Shown piece by piece: positions 42,135 through 51,009 of a stretch of DNA of 64,000 nt. A model generated the notes under the pieces. It had not been told where the DNA came from. It did no database searches and saw only the letters and a list, made by a program, of their open reading frames with translations. The stretch lies in assembly GCA_964586695.1 (NCBI GenBank), contig CAZPGQ010000002.1, positions 6,337 through 70,336 on the forward strand, written 5' to 3'. This DNA comes from an uncultured Candidatus Saccharibacteria bacterium (GTDB taxonomy: Bacteria; Patescibacteriota; Minisyncoccia; Phycocordibacterales; DATDWN01). The position numbers and the translations under genes were made by a program. Each line of letters opens with the position of its first letter. Within the stretch, counting starts at the first letter, position 1.

Positions 42135-44294
42135 ATGCGCGCAGATTCTACACTAAAGGAAAATTTTAGACTTACAGAATTACAAAGAAAAGCTTTGGCT
42201 AAAATAGGTATTTCTACAGTCGAAGATATGTTGTATCACTTCCCTGTTCGATACGGGGACACAGCCCAAGTGTCATATGTAGATAGCCTAACAAAAGGGA
42301 CAGACTCAGTTATTTTTGGAACCATTTCAGGACTCAAAACTAGTAAAGCTTTTATCAAAAAAATTCCAATGTCAGAAGCTGTGGTGGAAGATGAAACTGG
42401 AAAAATAAAACTGGTTTGGTTCAACCAGCCATACATAGCAAAAATGATGCGCGAAGGTGCACTAGTTCGTGTCGAAGGAAAAGTTACCGAAAGAAAAAAT
42501 GAGCTCTATATGAGTAACCCCAAAATAGAAATGATTAACCAGTTACCAAATGCAGTTGGTGATTCTCTTTTTGGTAAGGCTGAAGGTGACGAACACTCAA
42601 TGTATCCAGTCTACCCAGAAAGCAAAGGTGTGACTTCCTACTGGATGTACCACACAATACAGAAAATATTTTCTGCTGGAGTTCTAGATAACATCTCCGA
42701 CCCCATACCAGAAGATATTTTGAAAAAGTACAACTTACCTGGAATAAAAACGGCACTCATATGGGTTCACACACCAAAAAACGAAAACGATGCCCTGTCT
42801 GCAAGAAAAAGATTTGCTTTTCAAGAAATATTTTTCATCCAACTAGAAAAACAAAAAGAGAAAAAACTTTGGGCAGAGAAAAGTAGTTTCAATATTCAAA
42901 CAAGCGAAAAAGATGTTATGGATTTTGTTAAACGTTTTCCATTTGAAGCAACAGCTTCACAAATGGATGCGATAAAATCTATAACATCTGACTTTCGTCG
43001 AGGTCACCCAATGTCCAGACTCCTAGAGGGAGACGTGGGGTCTGGGAAAACAGCAGTCGCAGCAACAACAATATATGCAGTAACTAATGCCAGACCAAAT
43101 GGAAAGGATTATGGTAACCTCCAAACAGCATATATGGTACCGACTGAGATCCTTGCAAAACAACATTATGAAAATTTTATAAGTTACTTTAATCACCTCC
43201 CTATAAAAATAGGTCTGGTTACTGGGAGTGAATGTAAAATATTCCCTAGTAAAAGTGACCCAACAAAACCAACCAAAATTTCCAAAGCTCAGTTACTAAA
43301 ATGGGTTGCAAATGGCGAGGTGCCAATACTTATTGGCACTCATGCACTCATACAAAAATCCGTAACATTTAAACACCTAGCTTTTGTTGTTATCGACGAA
43401 CAACATCGTTTTGGAACTCTGCAAAGACAGAAACTGACAACCAAAAACGAGATGCTCCCCCACCTACTTTCAATGACAGCGACCCCTATTCCCCGAACAC
43501 TGGCTCTTACTATATACGGCGACCTCGATATAACAGTTCTAGAAGGAATGCCTCATGGAAGAAAACCAATTATTACAAAAGTTGTTCCGACAGTTGATCG
43601 GAAAAATACATATGAGGAAATCAGAAATGAACTAAAAGCTGGGAGACAGCTGTATGTTATCTGCCCACGTATCGATGAACCGGATCCAACAAAAGAAATG
43701 GCAGTAATGGCTAAGTCAGTAACCCTCGAAGCCGAAAGATTGAAAAAAGAAGTATTCAAAGAGTACACCATCGACATTTTACACAGCAAAATGACCCCGG
43801 CAGAAAAAGAATCTGTGATGACAAAGTTTGAGCAAGGCAAAACAAAAATACTTGTAGCTACTTCTGTGGTTGAAGTTGGTGTGAATGTACCAAATGCAAC
43901 TGTTATTATTATCGAGGGGGCAGAAAGATTTGGTCTCTCACAACTCCATCAGTTACGAGGTCGTGTCATACGTTCCAACCATCAGGCCTACTGCTATGTA
44001 TTTCCAGAAAGTAATGGTCAAAAAACCAAAGATAGACTGAAAGCACTAACTACTGCAAAAAATGGTTTTGAACTTGCAGAGTTCGACCTACAACAGCGAG
44101 GAGCGGGCGAACTATACGGACGAAAACAATGGGGTATCTCCGACCTAGCTATGGAGGCAATAAAAAATATAAAAATGGTAGAAGCTTCTAGAAACGAAGC
44201 GTTGAGACTCGTAGATGAAGATGTTGAGTTTAAAAAATATCCAATGATACAAGAGTACTTTAAAAACCAGACTAACAAAATACATTTTGAATAA
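42135..44294 (+). CDS. recG: ATP-dependent DNA helicase RecG
   Basis: RLLEGDVGSGKT, DEQHRFG, MTATPIPRTLAL and QLHQLRGRV. Confidence 0.97.
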   Translation: MRADSTLKENFRLTELQRKALAKIGISTVEDMLYHFPVRYGDTAQVSYVDSLTKGTDSVIFGTISGLKTSKAFIKKIPMSEAVVEDETGKIKLVWFNQPYIAKMMREGALVRVEGKVTERKNELYMSNPKIEMINQLPNAVGDSLFGKAEGDEHSMYPVYPESKGVTSYWMYHTIQKIFSAGVLDNISDPIPEDILKKYNLPGIKTALIWVHTPKNENDALSARKRFAFQEIFFIQLEKQKEKKLWAEKSSFNIQTSEKDVMDFVKRFPFEATASQMDAIKSITSDFRRGHPMSRLLEGDVGSGKTAVAATTIYAVTNARPNGKDYGNLQTAYMVPTEILAKQHYENFISYFNHLPIKIGLVTGSECKIFPSKSDPTKPTKISKAQLLKWVANGEVPILIGTHALIQKSVTFKHLAFVVIDEQHRFGTLQRQKLTTKNEMLPHLLSMTATPIPRTLALTIYGDLDITVLEGMPHGRKPIITKVVPTVDRKNTYEEIRNELKAGRQLYVICPRIDEPDPTKEMAVMAKSVTLEAERLKKEVFKEYTIDILHSKMTPAEKESVMTKFEQGKTKILVATSVVEVGVNVPNATVIIIEGAERFGLSQLHQLRGRVIRSNHQAYCYVFPESNGQKTKDRLKALTTAKNGFELAEFDLQQRGAGELYGRKQWGISDLAMEAIKNIKMVEASRNEALRLVDEDVEFKKYPMIQEYFKNQTNKIHFE

Positions 44295-44352
44295 AAGTTA
44301 AATATTGGAAAAGCCCGCGGAAAGCCTCAAAGTTGCGGACTTTTCCTACGGG

Positions 44353-44598
44353 CTAGAGAAGAACTACCTTATGGACGAGTGTCGTGGATCCGTGGTCTTT
44401 CGGCGTCATACTCGTGCCTTCTGGCACGACCATTGTAACCCTGTGGTTATACCAACGGCCAACAGGAATGCTTCTCCTGTACACACCATAGATGACAACC
44501 TGACGAAGCACTGTAATGGTCCCCACCTCCTGGAAGTAGTCACCAATCTTGAGGTCGCCGAACTTTTCATCCCGAAATCTCTTACAGTTATCCTGCAT
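44353..44598 (-). CDS. 81-aa orphan protein
   Basis: GGGAGG SD 3 nt before ATG; promoter TTGACA-16-TATTAT (44643-44616); hairpin at ~44310-44355. Confidence 0.6.
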   Translation of the reverse strand: MQDNCKRFRDEKFGDLKIGDYFQEVGTITVLRQVVIYGVYRRSIPVGRWYNHRVTMVVPEGTSMTPKDHGSTTLVHKVVLL

Positions 44599-44648
44599 AT
44601 GCCTCCCTACAGTCCATAATATTTATTAAGAATATATTGTCAAACTCT

Positions 44649-44785
44649 TGTGCGCCTGCCTGGAATCTGAACTTCTGGGAAACCCACGGTTTTCCCAATC
44701 CTTCCTCCACGGGAAACTCCCGTTTCCCGACCCCTTCCCTGGTTCGAGTCCAGGTAGGCAAAAACGCCTTTCGGCGTTTATTCTG
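44649..44785 (-). repeat. tRNA 3'-mirror element appended to the outer tRNA-Ile 3' half
   Basis: Hairpin AAACGCC-GAAA-GGCGTTT; near-perfect inverted copy of the T-arm/acceptor (44737-44760); two-hairpin core; direct copy 44649-44664. Confidence 0.8.
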
Positions 44786-45034
44786 TGCGCCTGCCTGGAC
44801 TCGAACCAGGGACCCCAGAGGTATATGGGGAAGAAAACTCCGTGCGCCTGCCAGGATTCGAACCTGGGACCCCAGAGGTATAAGCTCTGTGCTCTAACCA
44901 ACTGAGCTACAGGCGCACGCAATTTTCTTCCATCCCATATAGCTGGTTCGATCGGATGTAATGAAAGCAAGCTTTCGCCACATCCTCACTGCCAGCTATA
45001 AGCTCTGTGCTCTAACCAACTGAGCTACAGGCGC
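44786..45034 (-). tRNA. Split (outer) tRNA-Ile(TAT): 5' half 45034-44997 and 3' half 44825-44786, interrupted at the anticodon loop
   Basis: Joining the halves at the shared TATA gives a full cloverleaf. Its T-stem (CCTGG/CCAGG) differs from the inner copy (CCAGG/CCTGG) by a compensatory pair. Confidence 0.6.
44843..44916 (-). tRNA. tRNA-Ile(TAT), intact inner copy
   Basis: GCGCCTG...CAGGCGC-A; anticodon arm CAGAG-CTTATAC-CTCTG; TTCGAAT T-loop. Confidence 0.92.
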
Positions 45035-45073
45035 ATTTATGTTATGATTAACTCATATAAATTAGCACACTTT

Positions 45074-45340
45074 ATGAAAAATAAAAACACACATAAAAAG
45101 TTGTGGTTCAAATCAAAAATGTATGGCTGGGGCTGGCAACCATGTAGCTGGGAAGGTTGGGCTGTCCTCGCTCTTTATATAACAACACTAACTGTTAACT
45201 TTATAAACACAAATAAAATCTATACTACAACTCCTAACACTATTGCAGATTTTACTCCTGTTTTTGTAATTAATACCTTTTTCCTTCTGACTATTTGTTA
45301 TATCAAAGGTGAAAAACCAAGGTGGAGATGGGGCAAATAA
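45074..45340 (+). CDS. Small membrane protein
   Basis: WFKSKMYGWGWQPCSWEGW...KGEKPRWRWGK, 2 TM. Confidence 0.75.
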   Translation: MKNKNTHKKLWFKSKMYGWGWQPCSWEGWAVLALYITTLTVNFINTNKIYTTTPNTIADFTPVFVINTFFLLTICYIKGEKPRWRWGK

Positions 45341-45378
45341 CTAAAACAAAACCCGAGAAATCTCGGGTTTTGTTTTAG
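45341..45378. terminator. Bidirectional terminator between the small gene and ftsH
   Basis: CTAAAACAAAACCCGAGA-AA-TCTCGGGTTTTGTTTTAG. Confidence 0.8.
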
Positions 45379-45383
45379 TTATT

Positions 45384-47318
45384 TTAAACTTGGTGTTCTA
45401 TATCAAGCTTTTTCTTTGGAGTAATACCGTGAGCAACAAGTATACTTTCAAAATCTGCTCGTTCTATAGTTTCTTTATCCATTAGAACAGCTGCTATAGC
45501 ATCTAGAAGTTTTTTGTTTTCAGTAATAGTTTTTTCTGCTTTATCTTTTGCTTCGTTCATTATTCGAGAGACTTCCGCGTCTATGTCAGCAGAAACTTTT
45601 TCTGAGAAAGATTTCTCCTCTACTCCCCGACCAAACAAAGCCTTACCTTCTTGACCTTCTAGCGCAACAGGACCAACCATATCTGACATTCCGTATTTTG
45701 TAACCATGTCTCGCGCAAGAGCGGTAGAAACTTGTAAGTCGTTTGATGGACCAGTTGTAAGATCACCAAACATCATTTTTTCTGTAACATACCCACCTAA
45801 AGAAACTGCAATATCGTCTAGAAATTCTTTCTTTGATTGAAGTTTATTTTCTTCTAATGGCAACTTGAAAACATATCCTAATGCACGTCCTCTAGAAATA
45901 ATTGTGATCTTATGAACTGGATCAGCATAAGGAAGTATTGATGCAAGAACAGCATGACCAGCTTCGTGATAAGCAGTTATTTCTTTTTCTTTCTTTGACA
46001 ATAGATGACTTCTTCGTTCAGGACCAATTATTACCTTTTCGATTGAACGAATCAAATCAAACTGGGCAACAGTAGTCCGGTTTTCTCGCGCTGCAAGTAT
46101 CGCACCTTCGTTCATAAGAGAGTACAGATCTGCTCCACTAAACCCTGGTGTTCTTTCTGCAATAACTTTTAGATTTACATCTTCTGCAAAAGGTTTCTTT
46201 TTGCTATGTACTTTCAAAATCTCCTCTCTGTCGTGTCTGTCTGGAAGGTCCAAAGTAACTCGTCTGTCAAAACGTCCTGGTCGAAGTAGTGCAGGATCCA
46301 AAACATCTGGTCTGTTTGTTGCCGCCATAACAATAACTTTTTCATTTGGCTCAAAACCATCCATCTCAACAAGTATCTGGTTTAGTGTCTGCTCTCTTTC
46401 ATCATTTCCACCGCCAGCACCAACACCTCTTACACGACCAACAGCATCTATCTCATCTACGAAAATAATAGCTGAAGAATTTTTCTTAGCCATCAAAAAT
46501 AGATCTCTTACTCGTGATGCTCCAACACCAACAAACATTTCTACGAACTCTGAACCAGAAATAGAAAAGAAAGCTACCCCAGCCTCACCAGCCACAGCAC
46601 GTGCAAGTAGTGTCTTTCCTGTTCCAGGAGCACCCATAAGCAATATTCCTTTTGGAATACGTGCACCAATGTCTAGAAACTTTTTTGGATTTCGCAAGAA
46701 ATCTACAATTTCTGTGAGTTCTTCTTTTGCTTCTTTTGCACCCGCAACATCCTTGAATGTAACTCTTTGTGAAGAATCATTCGGATCTATCATTCTTGCC
46801 TTTGACTGTCCAAAAGTTAGTGCTTGCATGCCTGCACCCTTTACCTGACGAGTAATAAACCAAATAAAAATAGCGATAAAAAGTATTGGAAAAATAATTG
46901 GTGATAAATTCAAAATCCAATAGCCAACTCCATTTTCATTTTTAATATTAATATTTACTGCAGAAACTTGTTCTTTTGTTACACCGTAGTTAACTAGTGT
47001 TTGAGAAAGAGCCTCGCCATCTTCTTTTTTTGAAATTTTCTTTTCACCAGCTTTGTATTCGATATCCAGAGCGTCTCCTTTTACAACCACGGTCTTTACT
47101 GTCCCTGCTTTTATATCAGTAGAAAGTTGTGAGATAGAAATCTGCTCTGCTTTTTTTGAAGAAGAACTCGATACAAAAGAGTACACTGAAGAAATAAGTA
47201 CAAATATCAAGATCACAGTCAAAACATAGCTGATTATTGATCCGTTTTCTGGATCTCCCCCTGTTCCCTTTTTCTTGATTATTAATTTTGTCTTTTGTGG
47301 AGTTTCTTCTGGTTTCAT
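45384..47318 (-). CDS. ftsH: ATP-dependent zinc metalloprotease FtsH
   Basis: Two TMs, [26 protein letters not shown] and HEAGH; start set at MKPEETPQ. Confidence 0.97.
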   Translation of the reverse strand: MKPEETPQKTKLIIKKKGTGGDPENGSIISYVLTVILIFVLISSVYSFVSSSSSKKAEQISISQLSTDIKAGTVKTVVVKGDALDIEYKAGEKKISKKEDGEALSQTLVNYGVTKEQVSAVNINIKNENGVGYWILNLSPIIFPILFIAIFIWFITRQVKGAGMQALTFGQSKARMIDPNDSSQRVTFKDVAGAKEAKEELTEIVDFLRNPKKFLDIGARIPKGILLMGAPGTGKTLLARAVAGEAGVAFFSISGSEFVEMFVGVGASRVRDLFLMAKKNSSAIIFVDEIDAVGRVRGVGAGGGNDEREQTLNQILVEMDGFEPNEKVIVMAATNRPDVLDPALLRPGRFDRRVTLDLPDRHDREEILKVHSKKKPFAEDVNLKVIAERTPGFSGADLYSLMNEGAILAARENRTTVAQFDLIRSIEKVIIGPERRSHLLSKKEKEITAYHEAGHAVLASILPYADPVHKITIISRGRALGYVFKLPLEENKLQSKKEFLDDIAVSLGGYVTEKMMFGDLTTGPSNDLQVSTALARDMVTKYGMSDMVGPVALEGQEGKALFGRGVEEKSFSEKVSADIDAEVSRIMNEAKDKAEKTITENKKLLDAIAAVLMDKETIERADFESILVAHGITPKKKLDIEHQV

Positions 47319-47385
47319 AGTAGCCACAGTATACACGAAAAAAGTTAAAATAAAAGCTAAAAAATATGTTATAGTTAGCCGTAAG

Positions 47386-47829
47386 ATGTCATTAATCACA
47401 AACAAAAAGGCACACTTCAACTATGAAATTGGAGAAAAATATACCGCTGGTATAGAGCTTTTTGGTTATGAGGTAAAGTCTGTCCGCAAGGGCCAAGGTT
47501 CCCTAGATGGGTCATATGTGACTGTTCGTGGCGGAGAAGCCTTTCTAATTAACGCTTTTATTCCACCATTCCAAGAGAAGAATGCTCCAAAGGACTACGA
47601 CCCAAACCGAACTCGAAAACTACTTTTGACCAAAAAAGAGATACTAGAGCTAGGAAATATAGAGAAAACAAAGGGATTGACAATAGTGCCTATTTCGGTG
47701 TATAATAAGGGTAGAGTTTTGAAAGTCGAGCTTGGTGTCGGAAAAGGCAAAAAGAAGTTCGACAAAAGAGAGACTTTGAAAAAACAGGATTCTGAAAGAG
47801 ATCTGAGACGAGATTTTAGCGACAGATAG
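47386..47829 (+). CDS. smpB: SsrA-binding protein
   Basis: NKKAHFNY, AGIELFGYEVKS, RTRKLLL and GKKKFDKRE. Confidence 0.96.
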   Translation: MSLITNKKAHFNYEIGEKYTAGIELFGYEVKSVRKGQGSLDGSYVTVRGGEAFLINAFIPPFQEKNAPKDYDPNRTRKLLLTKKEILELGNIEKTKGLTIVPISVYNKGRVLKVELGVGKGKKKFDKRETLKKQDSERDLRRDFSDR

Positions 47830-47859
47830 TTAGCTATCATTCGGCTAAAGTAAGTTTAC

Positions 47860-47968
47860 TTATTACTCATACCTTTTTCTTGTACCAGAATAATTTTCTG
47901 CTGAAAATTTTCTTTCTGCTCACCTTTTCACAGGTTCCGCAGACACAAGAAAAAGCTACGAGTAATAA
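47860..47968. repeat. Long imperfect inverted repeat between smpB and ssrA
   Basis: TTATTACTCATACCTTTTTCTTGT ... ACAAGAAAAAGCTACGAGTAATAA. Confidence 0.65.
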
Positions 47969-47984
47969 AATTAAGTTTATTTTA

Positions 47985-48378
47985 GGGGGATGACAGGCAT
48001 AGACAAGTAAGTCCTTTGACAATGTGCACGACAGAACTGAAGTAATTCTTTAAACTGCTTCAAAGCATAGATGCTAAAAACACCTTTGCAAAAGCAATCC
48101 CTTCACCATTTATGGCGAATGGATTCGCTCTCGCTTTCGCTTAATCTTTTAGATTAAACCAAAACGGCGGCTATTCCTCGAAGTCTGTTACAGGAAATAG
48201 TTGATATATCATCGGACTTGAGAACGTCTTAGTTTCGAGGCGGACTGACACAAAGAAAACTAAAATACAATTCATTTTGTTGGTTTAAAGAATTGTATTT
48301 GAAAAATAAAACCAACTACGTCGTGTAGAAACATTGCCAAAACTTATTTGCACGGCGGTTCAAATCCGCCCTTCTCCA
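47985..48378 (+). ncRNA. ssrA: tmRNA
   Basis: GGGGGATGACAGGCATAGAC 5' end; GGCGGTTCAAATCCGCC-CTTCTCCA 3' end with G3-U70; tag ORF 48073-48144 AKNTFAKAIPSPFMANGFALAFA*; next to smpB. Confidence 0.92.
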
Positions 48379-48386
48379 CAAATATC

Positions 48387-48412
48387 AAAAAACCGCCAAG
48401 TGGCGGTTTTTT
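48387..48412. terminator. Bidirectional terminator after tmRNA
   Basis: AAAAAACCGCCA-AG-TGGCGGTTTTTT. Confidence 0.8.
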
Positions 48413-48416
48413 GTGA

Positions 48417-48977
48417 CTAAACTTTTAGATATGAAGGCTTTTGGAGCATGCTTGCATCCTTTGACCAAGGGTGGCACATCCAACTTGCACTATACAAACC
48501 TGAACCAAGAACTTTTGCAGCAACAATTTCCTTTGGAATTATTGCTGGGAAATCTGAAAGAGACTTTGGGCGAGTAACTGTTCCTGTATCCTTACCTTCT
48601 GTCCAAGTGTATAGATTTACACCATCATAAACCATAATGTTATTTGTAGAGCCTGAAGCAGTTCGTGATCGGAATTCCGCTCGCATCTTACCGTCAGCAA
48701 GATAAACTGTGTTTGTACTTCTTACTACGTTAACTTCCTCGTAGTCGCACTGATAGTTACCAAGCTTTGGAAGAATATTTGTAAATGTTTCTGTTGGAGC
48801 AACACTGACTGGTTTTGATACAGCAGGCTTAGCAGGTGTTTTTTCTGCCACAACACTTTTTGTTGTATCTTCTGTATTAACACTTTCTACTGGAGCATTA
48901 CCTTTTGAAACTATTAACCAAACCACCAAAACAACACCGACAACCACCAAAGAACCCCACAATATATTTTTATTCAT
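48417..48977 (-). CDS. Hypothetical membrane-anchored protein (LolA-like beta fold possible)
   Basis: N-terminal TM, Pro/Thr linker, VYLADGKMRAEF...YDGVNLYTW. Confidence 0.65.
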   Translation of the reverse strand: MNKNILWGSLVVVGVVLVVWLIVSKGNAPVESVNTEDTTKSVVAEKTPAKPAVSKPVSVAPTETFTNILPKLGNYQCDYEEVNVVRSTNTVYLADGKMRAEFRSRTASGSTNNIMVYDGVNLYTWTEGKDTGTVTRPKSLSDFPAIIPKEIVAAKVLGSGLYSASWMCHPWSKDASMLQKPSYLKV

Positions 48978-49075
48978 ATTAAAAATTATTTAATAAAAGT
49001 CGTAACTGTGAATATAATTATATACCCCACAGCAACAAAAACAATGTTGCTTGTGCTATAATCTGGAAAATAGAG

Positions 49076-49714
49076 ATGAAAAAATATATTTTAATAATAA
49101 TTCTTGTAGCTATATTGATTCTTGCCTTTTTGTTTTATAAAAAGTCCAACTCAAAACCAGCAGAAACGAATATTGCTTCATATAGAAACTCTTCTTTGGG
49201 AATTTCTTTTCAATATCCCAAAAAGCTAAAGGTGACTGGGACAACTTCTTCTATTAAAATCCATCACGAAGTTCCCTTTGAGCACCACGACTATTGCGAC
49301 TTTAAAGGTGAAGCTACAACCACAATAAAAACTTTGACAGACTTCAATGTAGAAATGCATTTGGTGAACCAAAGCATAATTAAGGCTATGAAAACCGAAA
49401 GCCCTTACATACCAGAAGAAAATTTTCTAAACGGTAAAATAGTCGTCTCCCCTGGTTTTATTGACCCTGTCACTTTTGGAAACCTAAAAGGCTACAGTAT
49501 ATTTGAAGGCGCAGAAGGTTGTGGCCACACTATATATTATTTTGAAATCGAAAGTGAAAAGACACTTGTTGTTACAGATGACTTCATAACTATATTCTCT
49601 GGAGCAATAGACACAGAAAACATGGATAGAGCTTTAGCTGTCCCAGATGTCATCAATAAACAGTCTGCGACCTCCATATTTGAATCAATAGTAAACAGCC
49701 TGAAGGTAGAGTAG
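49076..49714 (+). CDS. Hypothetical membrane-anchored protein
   Basis: N-terminal TM; YRNSSLGISFQYP motif. Confidence 0.7.
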   Translation: MKKYILIIILVAILILAFLFYKKSNSKPAETNIASYRNSSLGISFQYPKKLKVTGTTSSIKIHHEVPFEHHDYCDFKGEATTTIKTLTDFNVEMHLVNQSIIKAMKTESPYIPEENFLNGKIVVSPGFIDPVTFGNLKGYSIFEGAEGCGHTIYYFEIESEKTLVVTDDFITIFSGAIDTENMDRALAVPDVINKQSATSIFESIVNSLKVE

Positions 49715-49774
49715 CCAAAAAGCAATAAATATGCTATATTTTCGTGACTAGATTATTAATTTAACTCATTCAAT

Positions 49775-50281
49775 ATTTCACACATACGGATAAATAACCA
49801 AATAACTGCGCCAACACTCCGTGTAATTATGGAAGATGGTACAAACCTTGGAGAACTCTCTTTTAAAGACGCATTGGACAAGGCTCGCGAAGCTGGTCTG
49901 GACCTTATAGAGATTTCACCAAAAGCCGTCCCTCCAGTTGCAAAAATCATGGATTATGGTAAATTTCAGTATGCCGAAAACAAGAAGCTAAAGGTGGCTA
50001 AAACCAAGGCTCACACTGTAGAAATCAAGAATATACAGGTAAAAGTTGGCACTGGAGAGCACGATCTTGAACTCAAAGCTAAGAAAGCCTCAGAGTGGCT
50101 AAAGGAAGGAAATCGTATAAAAGTAGACCTATTTCTACCCGGTAGAACTAAGTATATGGATATAAAGTTCCTAGAGGAAAGAATGGCAAGAGTCTTAAAG
50201 CTCATAACGGAACAGTACAAAATAGCTGATCCAGCCAAGAAAAGCCCTAAAGGACTGAGTGTCATAATAGAGAAGGCATAA
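49775..50281 (+). CDS. infC: Translation initiation factor IF-3 (ATT start)
   Basis: In-frame ATT at 49775 after a stop at 49757 gives ...IRINNQITAPTLRVI; also LDLIEISP and KIMDYGKF. Confidence 0.93.
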   Translation: MSHIRINNQITAPTLRVIMEDGTNLGELSFKDALDKAREAGLDLIEISPKAVPPVAKIMDYGKFQYAENKKLKVAKTKAHTVEIKNIQVKVGTGEHDLELKAKKASEWLKEGNRIKVDLFLPGRTKYMDIKFLEERMARVLKLITEQYKIADPAKKSPKGLSVIIEKA

Positions 50282-50300
50282 AAAAATCACGAGAAATAAA

Positions 50301-50489
50301 ATGAGCACAAAAACAAACAAATCATTCACAAAGAGACTAAAGGTCAGTAAAAATGGCAAGATAAAAGCTCGTGCTACAGGCCGAAACCACTTTAGAGCAA
50401 AGGAGTCTCGAAGAGCTCAGCTAGCATCTAACAGAGATGTTACTTTCAATATGAGCAACAAGGATATAGCTTTCTACATAAAGAAATAA
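50301..50489 (+). CDS. rpmI: 50S ribosomal protein L35
   Basis: KTNKSFTKRLKVSKNGK; infC-rpmI-rplT order. Confidence 0.93.
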   Translation: MSTKTNKSFTKRLKVSKNGKIKARATGRNHFRAKESRRAQLASNRDVTFNMSNKDIAFYIKK

Positions 50490-50513
50490 TTTTAATATAA
50501 ATAACAAACCAAC

Positions 50514-50858
50514 ATGACAAGAGTAAAAGGAGCGGTAAATGCACTAAAATCAAGACGAAATATACTCAGACGAGTAAAGGGTTTTAGAAATGGAAGATCA
50601 ACAAAGGAACGACAGGCACAGGAAGCTATCTTCCACGCAGGAGCTTCTGCTTTTGCTCACCGAAAGGACAAAAAGGGTGATGCTCGAAACATGTGGAACG
50701 TAAAGATCTCATACGCCCTAAAGGAAATGGGAACTTCATACAGCAAAGTTATGGGAGGACTAAAGAAGAAAGGAATCCTACTAGACCGAAAGATTCTTGC
50801 GACACTAGTTGAGGAGAATCCAGAAACATTTAAGAAAGTAGTAGCCCTAGCAAAGTAG
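50514..50858 (+). CDS. rplT: 50S ribosomal protein L20
   Basis: MTRVKG...LDRKILA. Confidence 0.96.
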   Translation: MTRVKGAVNALKSRRNILRRVKGFRNGRSTKERQAQEAIFHAGASAFAHRKDKKGDARNMWNVKISYALKEMGTSYSKVMGGLKKKGILLDRKILATLVEENPETFKKVVALAK

Positions 50859-50979
50859 GATCTCCAAATTTGGCGAATTCCTCGTTCCCAAATTTAAAAT
50901 CTTCGTCACCTTATGCTCGATAAGGCTCCTCAAATTTTAAATTTCTCACATCGGATTTCACTCAAATTTTGAAATCCTA
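50856..50979 (+). repeat. ~124-bp imperfect palindrome starting at the rplT stop codon (REP/MITE-like)
   Basis: TAGGATCTCCAAATTTGGCGAATTCC ... GGATTTCACTCAAATTTTGAAATCCTA, with inner AAATTTAAAAT/ATTTTAAATTT. Confidence 0.7.
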
Positions 50980-50982
50980 AAC

Positions 50983-51008
50983 AAAAAACCGCCATCTGGC
51001 GGTTTTTT
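50983..51008. terminator. Bidirectional terminator
   Basis: AAAAAACCGCCA-TC-TGGCGGTTTTTT. Confidence 0.8.
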
Positions 51009-51009
51009 G

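Noticed and set aside
44305-44970. ORFs 44305-44619, 44626-44970, 44637-44897 and 44648-44905
   Set aside because: They are antisense to the orphan gene or run through the tRNA-Ile repeats.
44649-45034. CRISPR array or group I intron at the tRNA-Ile locus
   Set aside because: The repeats are tRNA fragments with irregular spacing and no cas genes. The ~175-nt insert is largely occupied by a whole tRNA and shows no group I core that I can identify.
49775-49777. Non-AUG start of infC
   Set aside because: The AUU start of infC is well-known autoregulation; only the start coordinate was corrected.
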